The notes under the pieces are model-generated. The model worked only from the letters and a program-made list of their open reading frames with translations. It was not told where the DNA came from and searched no databases. Positions 50,856 to 63,263 of a stretch of DNA of 64,000 bases are shown piece by piece. Where the stretch lies: positions 2,604,001 to 2,668,000 of the forward strand of contig CM074813.1 in the NCBI GenBank assembly GCA_037447605.1. The letters are read 5' to 3'. The position numbers were made by a program, and so were the translations under genes. Position 1 is the stretch's first letter. Every line of letters starts with the position of its first letter. Source of the DNA: Zygnema circumcarinatum SAG 698-1b. Its lineage: Eukaryota > Plantae > Zygnematophyceae.

Positions 50856-53800
50856 GGGAGAGAGAGAAGAATACTGGTCTACCTTCTCTATCAAACGACC
50901 CCTCCTTCCCTCGTCTGCCGCAATTGCACATAGAACGTCCGTAGCTGCCTCCAACACCGCATCTGACGGAACGGAAGCCCACGTAAACGCACATGTAAAC
51001 GCAAGAATTCAAACAAGGGCACCCCTTAGTTCGTTAAACCCCATTTCCCCTACGAAGGGGTTTTGAGAGTACCGTCATTTTCTTGACGCAGAAGACCAAT
51101 GATTGCTGCGTCCGCTCCGGCAGCTTCAATGAGCTCCAGTCCTTCGGGGCTGCTCCCTTCAGCAGGTTCAGAAACAGTACCTCAAAACAGGTGAAAAACA
51201 AACAAGATAGCACCTATTCTTTGTAACGATGAGTTTGGGGTTGAAGTTCAAAACTTACTACAAAGCTCACGTCAACGGACGAGGGAGGAGGGGAGGAGGG
51301 GAGGTGGGGAGAGAGAGGGAGGAGGGAGAGAGAGGGAGGAGGGAGAGAGAGGGAGGAGGGAGGGAGAGAGGGAGGAGGGAGGGAGGGAGAGAGAGGGAGG
51401 AGGGAGAGAGAGGGAGGAGGGAGAGAGAGGGGAGGACGGGAGAGTGAGGGGAGGAGGGGAGAGGTGGGGAGGACGGGAGAGGGGAGATGGGAGGAGGGAA
51501 AGAAGTTGGGGAGGAGAGAGGGAAGGAGGGGAGCGGAGAGGAGGGGCGAGGGGCGAAGGCCGATGGGAGAGGAGCGATGGGGGAGGGGATAGGGGAGAGG
51601 GGCGAGGAGAGAGGGAAGATTTGTGGAAGTAAACCCACTGGCATCAAACTTCTGCCCCCAGGAATCTCTTCGTGAGTGTGCACTATTGTCAGAGGGAGAG
51701 GGAGAGGCAGAGGGAGAGGGAGAGGGAGAGGGAGAGAGGGAGAGGGAGAGGGGAGAGGGAGAGGGAGCGGCGCACCCCTGGCCGAGGGAGGAGAGGGCGG
51801 AGGCCGCGTTGAGGCGGAGGGCGCAGTCTTCGCTGCGGAGCGCTTCTGTCAGAGCCGGACCCTGTCACGTCACGCTCACATGACATCACATGATATAGCA
51901 TCATCATGTTACGTCACGAAAAATTACATCACACATCATGTTATGTCGCATCCCAACACATGACATCACATCACACTATGGTGGGTCCCAAGTCTGGCTC
52001 CAAAACCCTGCAAACCTGTAAACATCGGAAAACACCAAACCCTAAAACCCTAAATCTGACTGCGCAGTTTCAACTCTTTACCCTAAAAAAACGCAAAACA
52101 AGAACAGTACATGGGGAAGGTCGACCAGCTCAGAGCTCGAGTCTCAATACCTGAGGCATTGAGATTTTTAGGATTTCAAGGTCTCTCGGGGTGAAGTGCT
52201 TCTGAGATTTACGGGCTGGAGATTTGAAGATTTTGAAATTTGGAGGTCCCAATTTTTTAGGGTTGCAGAGGCTTAGAATCGTAGGGGTTAAGAGGTTTAG
52301 GGTTTTTCTTTTGAGTGGTTTCAAGTGCTTCTTTTAAAGGGTGATTTACCAGACCCTGGCTCGCAATAACTGCAGCATAGAGCGGCCCTCCAGCAGCCAT
52401 TATGGAAGTAAGGGCCCCACAGGCATTTCTCTGCAGAAAGGAAAAAAAAAAAAAACAAGGGAGTTGACATTCTTAAAGAGGTTAAAAAAATACACAAAAG
52501 AGTAGGAGGACGAAAACCTGCGATTATTTTCAATGTGGGGATGCCCTTGGAATGGCAGAAACCATGTTTGGGAGAGGGAGGGGAGGAAGCATTGGGAGGG
52601 ATAGAGAATGTTTATGAAAGGGAAGTGAGAAGGATGGGTCAGGAGGAGGGAGAGGGAGAGAGGCAAATGAAGGAGGAGGAGATGAGAAGAGAGAGTGGAG
52701 GGGGAGAGAGGAGAGAGATGAAGACGGAAGTGGAGAGTGAAGATTGAGGGAGGGAGAGAGAGAGGAGAGAATGGAGAGGAGGGAGAGCGGAGAGAAAGGG
52801 GAGAGGGATATGAGAGACTGTATGTATGCAGAGATGGAAAAAAAAGGAAGGGAGGGGATGGAAAATGTCAGAGTTCAAACCTGGCAGTAAATGTCCGGAC
52901 TGCTGAGGAGAGAGACAAGAGGGGGTATCTGCACACGCCCAACAGCAAAGGGAAAACCTAAAAATGATTCAAAATATATATATATAGAATAAATACTATA
53001 TGATACTTAGAAGAATAAGCACATAATCAAACCCTAGAATGCAAACCCTAAAGTTGTAAACGAGAGTACGGCTCACTGCATTCTGAAGATGAGGCGCCAC
53101 GTCAGCGCGCGCCGCGTCAAGGAAAATCGCTGCAGCAGCTCTCGCTGCAACTCCCCAATCCTGCAAGAGAGGGAGGGTTAGGGTTTAGGGTTTGAGGGCT
53201 GAGTATAGGGTGCAGGGTTTAGGGTTCAGGGTTTAGGGTTCAGGGTTTAGGATTTAGGATTCAAGGTTTAAGAGTTTGAAGGATTTACACTGATTGAAAG
53301 TGAAGAATTTGGACTTCAAGAACTTCAAAAGTTTTACAAGACTTGAGCTTTGCAGGAAAAATTATAGAATTTTAACATTTTTGGATTGTATGGGGCTAGT
53401 AGAGTTTCTAGAGCTTTAGTGTTGTAAGGGTATAGAATATTTTTAGGGTTTCGCAATCTTTAGGGTTTAAGGGAATACTTCAGACTGAAGGCCACTGATT
53501 TCCTGCCGGATCGCCTCTCCAAATTCTTTTTCTGCTGGCCGGAATCATGCAACCCTGCCCGGCGGGCACCTGTCAGAAACTTTTGTCTGCCCACCCTGAA
53601 CCCTCTCCGCCTCCACTCGCTCCAGCGCACAATGTGAGACCCAAAAGCAAATTTTCAGCCCCACTTAAAAAAAAAATTCCACTAAAACCCTAAAGACCGA
53701 AAAAATCTTAGAATCTACATTTTTGCGCTCCAGCTCCTGCACTCAAATTCCACATTCTGAACCCTAAATTTCCGAACCCCAAAACCCTGAAATCTCACCA

Positions 53801-53859
53801 TTCAGCGTCCCCGCGGGCGCTCCTCCGCCGGCCTTCATCGCCGAACTGCCAGCGCTCAT
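49550..53859 (-). CDS. Small ARM-repeat protein (~270 aa, 11-12 exons)
   Basis: Hand-spliced: MSAGSSAMKAGG...DWGVAARAAAAIF...NA|IPPLVSLLSSPDIYCQ|RNACGALTSI...|GPALTEALRSEDCALRLNAASALSSL...EAATDVLCAIA...|GAVEALSPLL...KVRALLALGML...GAVKALLTLTR|SSDPDIKAIAGDLFGAFAQNRSLRNLIEEKLREA*; phases consistent; exon-2 acceptor ambiguous. Confidence 0.8.
49656..49990. repeat. 29-bp G-box/CCAAT minisatellite (GGCCACGTGGACCAATCAGAGAACAACAA, 12 units) in the last intron of the ARM gene
   Basis: Cores at 49681, 49710, 49727, 49756, 49785, 49814, 49843, 49866, 49888, 49917, 49945, 49974. Confidence 0.92.
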
Positions 53860-53882
53860 TTAGGGCTGACGTCAGCCCTAAA
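53859..53882. promoter_or_regulatory. 24-bp perfect palindrome TTTAGGGCTGACGTCAGCCCTAAA overlapping the first base of the ARM gene start codon
   Basis: Direct reading; function unknown. Confidence 0.6.
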
Positions 53883-55657
53883 GGTCCTGTCTGGCCACGT
53901 GGCAGGCACTGGTGGCTTCCATCCTCCCGCTAACGGACACGCGATCGTACGGACAGAATCTCGACTTTTCAAGAGAGAATCTTTTGCACCTCGATAAAGT
54001 CACCTTTTCAGCTCCCAGTGTAGAATCAGTACAGGAGTGCATGTCATAAAAATTCAACGAGGCAGTCTATGGGTACTGATTCTTCTTTTGGTCGAGGAGC
54101 GGCGGAACAGGAACAAGGGAAGAGTGACGTTTTGTCCGCATCCTGAAATTGACTGAAAGGTGACGTAAAATTGAAGTTATTTTCACTTGCAGAAAAACTT
54201 TCCAAGGCATGGACCGAAAAAATGTTTATCTAAAAAAAATCAATTTGGTTCAAATCTGGAACAAATGTAGAGGTGGAATCTCTCCAAGAAATCTTCACTT
54301 TGCGAGTCATGAACCAATCACAGCTCGCCACGTCAAAAGAAATGGCTTAAATCCACTTTGTAGAACTTCCCAGATTTTTCAATGTTTTTGAATTTTTCCC
54401 ATTCTACTTTCCTTTTTTTTTTTTTTGTTTATCCCAATTTTCTAGAAGTTGAAAGAGACAAAAAACCCAACTGAATTTTGGACCACAAAGCTCTCCCCTT
54501 CCTCCCGCCGTTCCCTCCCACCCCGCGCGGGACCACGGGGACCGTACAGGGACCGTGGGGGACCTCCCCCTCCCTCCCACCGACACTCCCCTCCACCCTT
54601 CCCGCCCAATCAGCGTCCGTCCTCGCACGTGCCATAATCATCGGAAGGCCCTCCGTGACCCACGGCAGCAGCAGCCAATCGGAGCCGTCGATTTCTGCAA
54701 ACCTTCCCGTGACATGACATGACAGGAGAGCCCGGCGCGCAGGGCGCGGTGTGGGGACCAGCGCGGGCGGCAGGGAGGGAGGGAGGGAGGGAGGGAGGCG
54801 CCGCGGAGGGGATGGCGGAGGGGGCGGGGCGGGGCCGGAGATCCGGCGAGCACAGGTTTAGATATCCATGGCGCCCCCGAGAACGGGTGGAGAGGGGCGG
54901 GCCGGGCTGCCGAGGAGAGGGAGCGGTGGGGACGGAGGGGGGGGAGAGAGGCGGTAGATTCCGGAGGACAGCGAGAGAGGGGAGGGAGTGGGAGGGGAGT
55001 GAGGGCTGGGGTAGGGGTGGGAAGGAATAGGGAGAGAGGGGAGGAAGTGGGGAGAGAGGAGGTGGGGCGCAGGGAGGGCGCAAGAAGAGAAGGGAGAGGT
55101 AGAGAGGGTGAGAGAGAAGGGAAATGGAATAAAGAGGGAATGGAAGGGTGGATTCAGAAGATATCTATTTATCTGGAGGGGGATTAATTTCATTCGGGCA
55201 CTTCATGTGAAAAAATAATCCTGGGTTTCTGCCTGTGGCAGATTCCAAGCAGCTAGCTGGCCTTTACTCTTGCGTGCGTGTAGAGGCAGAGTTACCAGCT
55301 GAGGAAGGAAAATGGGGACGTAAAAACTGTAAGAATGCTTAATTAACCCAACAAATATGGTATTAGAATGCCCATCCTGTCCGTTTTCCCATAATTTACC
55401 GCTACTTCATCACAGGAAGGGTTTTTGGACAAGGAAACTCTCCCCTCTACCTTCCCTATTACATATCGCCACTATTAGACCCCTCCCTCTCTCATGTTCC
55501 GTACCGTACTCTGTCACCAGTTTTGGAGCCTCTTTCTATAGTATATATTTATTTTCTTTTTGGTAACCCTAAGCCCTCTCAGCATATCGACCTTTTCCGT
55601 TTCTTCATTCCAAAGTTCCACACCTTAAGCGGATAGAGCAGTTGCACCACTCTCGCA

Positions 55658-58600
55658 ATGCTGAGAGAGGCGTACCTGGAAGCGCAGAGCGGCGACGCCA
55701 TGGATGTCGCCAGCTCCAGCAGTCACATCTATGGCATGCCCCCCCGCATGCTGCATGGCCAGCACCACTACCACCACCATCAGCACCACTCCTCCATGGC
55801 CATGCCCCTCGCCAGCGCACTTGACGAGGATCTCGATGACGGTCTTGAAATGGACGGACTCAAGAAAGGGCCATGGACCGCGCAGGAGGATCGCATCCTG
55901 ACTGCCTACGTCATGCAAGTAAGCAGACATGAACCCGCACAGCGATTCAGACGATCTTGAAGTGCTAATTTTCCTTTCGTGCCCTGTTTCGTATTAGTCT
56001 GTGTATGGTATGACATGCTTGGGGGGAGTACGAGATTCAGCGTTTGAGCTTCCTCAAAGAAAGAGAATCTATCTGCGTAACCTTGATCGGGCTTTAGAGA
56101 TTTTTTTTTTGTATCTACTTCACTGTATTCATGCATTCATGTGTGCAGTCATTGATACACGCCTTCGTTACGGTGAGTGTCGATAAAGAAAGGTCGTGTA
56201 GTAGCAGTAGCAGCCGCAGCAGCAGTGCTACAATAAGGCCATTGTGCATGCCGTCTTCAAATGCCTTTACATGTGAAGATAAGAGGGGAAGACAATTAGG
56301 TCAAATTCCCTGTCTGAATACTTGTTAAAAAGGCGAGTGCAAGTTTTCCATGAGCTCCCGCCCAGCCCAAGTTCGGCCGCGAACAAACCTCACCATGCGC
56401 CACATGGCATGAGCGGTCGCACTCGCGAACTGTCGCTAAAGGGCGACAGGCGACACGTGTCGCGCCAAAATTGGTAGTTTCTAAATTCAGCGCATCGCAG
56501 CCGTCGATAGCGACGGGAGTTACCACGTGTACGGGTGGATAGCGACGTTTGACATCTAAGATCTGGACCGTCCATTGGCGCACGCTCGCCTCATGGACGG
56601 CGGAGATCGAGCTAGGTTTCTCACCCGGTCAACGGCAATTTTCGAAACTGATAGTTCTTTCTAGTTGGCTCGACAGTTGGTCAACACGGAACGGCGAACT
56701 AAGCGCATGTGTGCTGTTCAAAATATCCCTCCGTGCAGACCGGTCTGAAATTTCTTTTTTCTCGGAAAAGGGACTGATTGCAAGGCACTGCTTGGGAATT
56801 TTTCTAGGGAGTCTTTCTATTTTTTTACGATGAGAGAAATTTGCTGGAATAATTGCTCATTCGAAAAGTCAAAGAAAATTACTTTTGCTTACCGATTGAT
56901 TTGAAAGTGGCCTCTGATTGGCTGAATGCGAGGTTTTTTTTTTACTGCTTTCTTAAATGATTCCTTCAAGTTTTTTAAACGAAATATTTTCTTCTAGTAC
57001 AATTTTATATTGTTTTCCTCTTCTGGCCCCACTCCAAACCTGCCCTAAAAAATAATCATCGACCTTGCCGCCGGCGTAGCTTCCTATGTCGGCAGGCCAA
57101 TCAGAAGAGCCGAAACCGACATGTCAGCATCCGCCCCCTTCCCTTCCCTTCCCTCCAACGCGGAGCGGTCCTCGTGGTTCTCATCAAGGAGCAGAGTTTG
57201 AGGAAAAGAAGGGTCTCCGAATGTCTCTTTCCTGCAGGCCATGGTGGCCGCCGGAAGGGCCACGTGGCCGCATATCTTTTCTCGGCACGAGCGGGTGGCA
57301 CGTGTCAATCCGCGCGTGCAGAAATCTCTCTAGAACTCGCCGAACCTTAGGTCTCTTAGTACAATGCCTTCACGTAACGCTGCCATGGCGGGCGGGCTTC
57401 GCTATTTTACAGCGAAAATGTCGCCCGTCGGTATTCTGCACCAAGTAGGAAGGAAACCCGTTTGGATTTTTGTTTAGGTCATTGTTCAAGATTTGAATAA
57501 TCAGAGGCAGTGACTTCCTCTCTCTCACTCTCTCTTCCATTCCTCCACTTCCTCTCCCACTCTCTCTCGCCCTCCCTCTCCCGCTCTATCTCCCCTTCCT
57601 ATTCCTCCGCTCCCTCGCCCTCTCTCCCTCTCCCTCTCTCCCCCTCCCTCCCTCCCCCCCCGCGCAGCACGGCGAGGGCAACTGGAACCTGGTCCAGCGC
57701 AACGCGGGGCTGCGGCGGTGCGGCAAGAGCTGCCGGCTTCGGTGGGCGAACCACCTCCGCCCCGACCTCAAGCGCGGGGCCTTCTCGCCGCACGAGGAGG
57801 CGCTCATCGTGCACATGCACGCGCAGATCGGGAACAAGTGGGCGCGCATGGCGGCGCAGGTGAGAGGGAGAGGGAGAGAGGGAGAGAGGGAGAGGGAGAG
57901 GGAGATGGAGAGAGAGGGAGAGGGGGAGGGAGAGAGAGGGAGAGAGAGGGAGATGGAGTGAGAGTGAGAGAGAGAGATTCGTGTCGGATTCTGCTTTTTA
58001 TGTCTTATTTTTCTTTCGCTTCTTCTTTTTGAATTTCCTGGGAACGATTGACGATAACCTGCTGATTCGTTTTTGGGTATTTTCACTTTTTTTCGCGGTT
58101 TCGTTTTTTGTGAAAGTTAGTGACTCCCTTCTTTTTTGACGGACAATTTAAGGGGCGCTCTGATATTGTCAGGCTTGGAGTTGATTCTCATCTTTCTGCA
58201 AGTTTCGGTTGCTCTCATATTGGACGCAGTATTGACTCCCCCCCCACCCCCCCTCCTTGACTGGTGCGATCATGCAGCTTCCAGGACGCACTGATAATGA
58301 GATAAAGAATTTTTGGAACACAAGAATTAAGAGACGGCTGCGAGCAGGTCTGCCTGTTTATTCCACCTCTCCTGACCCCCCTAGCAACCGAATTTCATCC
58401 AAATTCTCAAACTTGAGCTCAACCCACCTCTCTTCTATGAGCTCTCCTTACAAAGACGCAAGGATTCAAAGCAGCATTACAGAGACCGAGTCTCGCCCCA
58501 TTGGTCAGAGTCTGCCAGTACTTGGGGACATTACGACTTCTTCTTCAAATGCGGACACTAGTGGTTTCGTCAAAGGGGAGAAGCATTTGAGTTTTCCTTC

Positions 58601-59876
58601 ATCAGTTGGAAATGAAAAGGAAAAGGTTTCTGCCAGCTCGGTTGAAGCTGGACCAATGGCAGGAGGACAGCTGGCAGGGCGGCAGCCAATCAGAGGGCAG
58701 TTGCATGGAAGTGCTGGTAGCACCATTCAGAGATTGAAGAGGTCGCGAGATCAGGCTTTGGGAATTGTTACGAACAAAGGAAGTTCGAATTCTAATGTTA
58801 TATCGAATGAAGGAAATTCCCGCGATTCTTTTCTGCTAATGGCTCAAGCAGGAAGTGGAGAAAGTCAGTTATCCGGTCCAACAGTATTATCTCAAATCTC
58901 GGGGGAGAGCGAATCGGAAGGAAATGTCAAGAAAGTGCTTCAGGGAGAGGATTTTTCCGCCGTCAAGACGAGACGAATTTCCCAAAATTTCAATAATTTT
59001 CCCTCTTCATTTTCTCCCCCAACTCCGAATGTCAATCACCCATCCTCTTCAACAGCTCCCCCTTCAAAAATGGTTTATTCCCTTCAAACCAGGGAGAGCG
59101 ATTCTCCAGCGACTACTAACTTCCAGGAAGCTTCCGAAGCAGCCTTCCCTCTCGGCGACTTCCTTCCGGGCAGTCCTCTCAACACGTTCCGTTTTCCCTC
59201 CGTTCCGTTCCCAGTTCTGGGCGACGGAGGAGACCAGGAACTGCTTGATGCTCTTCTCATGGAGACGGATGAGCAGCTCCGTTTGGGCGACTTTCCGATC
59301 TCCGATTTTGCATGCTCTCTCGATAATATCGGGGAGGGGGGTTTGTTTCAAGGCCCAAATCAAACCAACTGCTATGGCGTTCTATTGGATGAGTTAATTT
59401 CTGCTTCTGGTCAAGTTGACCAAAGGAGAACAGCCATATCCGGAAAGGAGGGGCAGCACGGAGAGGTCATTTCTATGGCAGTTCCAACGGAAGAATTCGA
59501 AAAATCGGAGAAAAAGGACGGAAAAGAAGCGGAGGAGGGGCAGAGTAAGTCATTTGAAGAAATTCCTCAGAAGCTGAGCAAGGACTCTTCCTTCGAAAAC
59601 GTGGCGGAAATCAAAAACTTGGGAGTGAAAACCCAGTTTACTGTGAAAAACTCGGCGTCTGGGAAGGAGGCCTTGAAAACTAAGAGCTCTAAGAAAAACC
59701 CTAATTTGACGGAGGCTTTGACTCCCAAATCGGTCGCGTCGGCTTGCGAGTCGTTGACTCCGAGCTCGTGCATGTCAAGGTCTGCCTCTGAAAGCTCGCT
59801 TTCAGGGGGTGGGCTCGACCTCCATATTCCCAAAATGAGCGTTTTGGAGGTGAAGGCGGCGGCAGAGCGTGGCTGA
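55658..59876 (+). CDS. GAMYB: GAMYB-type R2R3-MYB (exons 55658-55918, 57668-57859, 58278-59876)
   Basis: [21 protein letters not shown]|[40 protein letters not shown]...[10 protein letters not shown]|[28 protein letters not shown]: GEGNW, WANHLRP, NTRIKRR and Box1 (RAGLPxY) are MYB33/65/GAMYB signatures. Confidence 0.93.
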
Positions 59877-60678
59877 GGATGGGAGGGTTCAGACTTTAGG
59901 GTTTAGGAAAGAGGAGGGAGAACCATGTGTGCATTATACAGGACGGAGATCTTTTTGTGGGAAGGGGGTTAGGGTATACAAATAGGAAGGTTTTTTTATG
60001 TATTAAAAATGGAAGAGGTGTGCAAGGGGAGAAAAGCAGAGAAACTCTGAAGGCCTGTTTTGAAGGGGGACGAGTCATAGACAGTTGCGAGCAAAGCTTA
60101 ATTTTGAATGAAGGTGTCAACGAAACTGGGCCCACTGTCGTGTATCATTGTCAAAAAACCCTTCGTCTGTGAAGAGATTATATAGACCGGGGGGGGTTTG
60201 CTGAACAGTAGGAGGGGCTTAGGGTTTATGGGTTAGGGTTCAGGGCTAATGCACGAGTGTACAAATAGAGGTTCGCCGCTCTCTTGGAGAGGGAGGGAGG
60301 GAGGCCAATGGGGTTTGCTGGACAGGCGACGCTTTGTACCTTATGGCGGCTACTAACTTATAGCATCATCGCGTTGTGCCATGCATGGATGGATAGATGG
60401 ATAGGTATGCGCAGATGCATGTATTATCTTTTCACATGCCGCATGTCAACTGCGTTCTGTTTTGCGATGTCTTCGCAATGACCCGTCTTGCCATGGAACT
60501 GGATCGACCGCCCAATGGAACTTTATCATATAAACTGCGAACAATACGTTCATAATTTCATTTGAACTTGAGGAAATTGAGGAACTTGAGCGTATGGAGT
60601 TCTGGTATAATCTCCAAAAAATTTAACACTCCATCCACGCCCTAAAACTGTTATGTTTTTCTTGAAGTTTCTCTTCGT

Positions 60679-63216
60679 TCAGTTGATCACTTCATAGAGA
60701 GGCTGCACGCTCACCAGCGCGCACGCCTCCTCCGCCTGCGAAACAAAACATTGCGCCGAACATGCTCAGCCTCACTAAGCAACTGCAATTTCCTACAGCC
60801 TGTTTTCTCTTAAATCGAGTTCAGGGTGCAGAGTTTCACGACTTACGGTCGAAGGTTCAGGGTTTTAGATTCAGAGTTCTGAATCCCAGGATTGAAGGTT
60901 TTCGTCTTCACGGTTTAAGGTCCAGAGTTCACAGGATTTAAAGCTGGGAAGGATCAGTTTTCAGATTTTAGGATTCGAGGTATTAGGGTTCTGGATCTCA
61001 GGCCTTCAAATTCAGGGTTCAGGATTTCAGAATTTTAGGGTTTCCCCGCACCGTCATTTCGATTTCGAACGCGTGGTCGTCCTCGTGCGCGCGCGCAACC
61101 TCGAACCGGAGACCTCTGCGGGGCCAGGGCGGGCGCGGGCGGAGGCGGCCCGCGAGGGAGCACGAGGGGGAGGAGGAGGAGGGCAGGGCCGCTATGACGC
61201 GCGCGTCCTACGCCGCCATGGCCATGTATATGTATATGTATATGTGTATGGTGGCCGGGTATATGGGGAGGGGAATGAGCTGGAGTCAAACATAGTCTAA
61301 GTTTGACGCAAGAAGCGAGAAGAAGGCAAGCACAACTCTGCAGCTTGTAACCCTAAAGAGTTCAAACCCTAAGTTTGAACACAGCACGCACGGACAGATA
61401 TCGTCTCAACCTAACGCGGCTTTAAACTCGAATAAGTTTTAAGACGATAGATAGATAAAGAAGCAAATCATGCACACATTGAACTGAGACTACAGGCTGA
61501 AATCTTTTCTTTGTTTCTCACCTCAAGATTGACATAGACCACCCTCTCCTCCTCTGCCAGCCGCCACACCTCCTCCTCCGACAGCTCTGACCTCAGAATA
61601 GGGAGTGGAGGAGGTGAGAGAGTGGGCGACGAGAGAGTGACACGTGGTGTCGTTGATGCCACGTCGGTAGCCATGGCTTCCTCCTCGTTGTTCTTACTTT
61701 CGGGAAAATTTTCAGAAAGTTTTCCAGGAGAGCTTCTCCGTTGCCTGAACTCACTTGAGCCTTTCCTCGACTGGCTCATTTTTGGAATTTTCGGCTTTTC
61801 AGAAGCCGAAAAGGACACAGAAACCGTTCGGGAGTCCCCAGTTTCGTCGACAAATTTATTGGTTTTGGAAGAAGTGGTGTCTGTTCTTGAGCGTGAGGAG
61901 GGAGAGGGGGAGAGGGAGCAGAGGAGAGAGAGGCAGGAGGAGAGGGCCTTGAACGGCGCCTTCAGGATGGGGAGGAGGAGGCCGAGGTGGGAGAGGAACA
62001 TGAGGAAGAGGATGACTGGGGGGGGGGGGGAGGGGTAGGGAGAGAGAGAGGGAAGATGGGGGAGGGAGGGGGCGATGAGAGAAAAAATGAAGGGAAGGGA
62101 AAACGATCGGGCAGAGAAAGTAATAGAGAGGGAGAGGGAGAATAAGACAAAGGGAGAGGGAGAGAGGGGGAAAGGGGGAGATGGGAGGGGAGAGCGGAGA
62201 GGGGAGGAAGAGAGAGTGAAACAGAGAGAACGAGACAGAGAGGGGGAGGTGGGTGAGAGGGAATTCGAACTTATGGAGGATGAAAATCAGCAAGCTTGAC
62301 TCTGACCTTGTCCTCCAATGAAAGAGCCCCAATCTCCATCTAGCAGGGTCCTTTGTTAGGGTTCAGAGGTTTTCCGTTTTAGGGTTTTGCAACGCACTGA
62401 GGACAATGGCGGCAGCCACTCCGAGCACGGCCCCAACGGAAGCAGCCAACTGAGTCCAACAGTAACGGCGCACATAGCACGCCATGTCCACTGCGCCGCA
62501 CAGTCTGCATGGGGAGAGAGGGAGGGGCAACAGAGTAACATTCAATCAATTCAATTCCTAAATCCTAAACTTGAAAAAGTTTAAATCCCTAGAAACCGGA
62601 AAACTCTAAAAGCCTAAGGGCCGTCGGAAGCTGAAAGCATGTCAGTATTTAGGAAAAGACGAGGCAGTGATCTCTGAAAGATTAGAACCCTAAAAATCTA
62701 AAACCCTGAAATTCTAAAATCCCATAACCGACAACCCTAGAACCTTTGAACCTCTGAACCCTAGAACTCCACAAACTTAATTTTTTAACAATGGAAGGAG
62801 AAGGAGCTCACCGGCAAGGGTTGAGATCGTCAGAAAAAGTGATGTTGGATGACTGATCTCCGTTGCCAATGCCTCCCTGAAACGAATATAAGGGCTAGGG
62901 TTCAGGGATTCGGGTTTAAGGATTTAAGATTTCGAATCGTAGGATCGTTAGGCAACATCGAAGGCAAGATTCTTTAATCACGATTTCAATGTATGAAATT
63001 GCAGACATGATTCATCGATTGACTTTTAGTCATGTACTCATTTCTTGTTCCACCTGACTTCCGCGGTTGTCTTTAGTCGCCGTCGTGGAGAAGCCAACGG
63101 TGCGATTATCAATAAGGGCTCCGAGAGCATCGTACAAAAGAACTGATGCATCACAAAAATACATCACACAAGTTTAAGTGGTCAATCAACAATTGCCGTT
63201 CCCTCTCCCTCTCTCA

Positions 63217-63263
<47 letters not shown>

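Noticed and set aside
51632-51682. Possible extra ARM exon AHSRRDSWGQKFDASG
   Set aside because: It is frame-neutral with plausible splice sites, but the protein reads as well without it; it cannot be called without transcripts.
62307-62339. 33-nt in-frame cassette exon (NGDWGSFIGGQ) inside the HAP2 TM region
   Set aside because: It needs a 58-nt upstream intron and would break the TM helix; skipping it gives a canonical TM.
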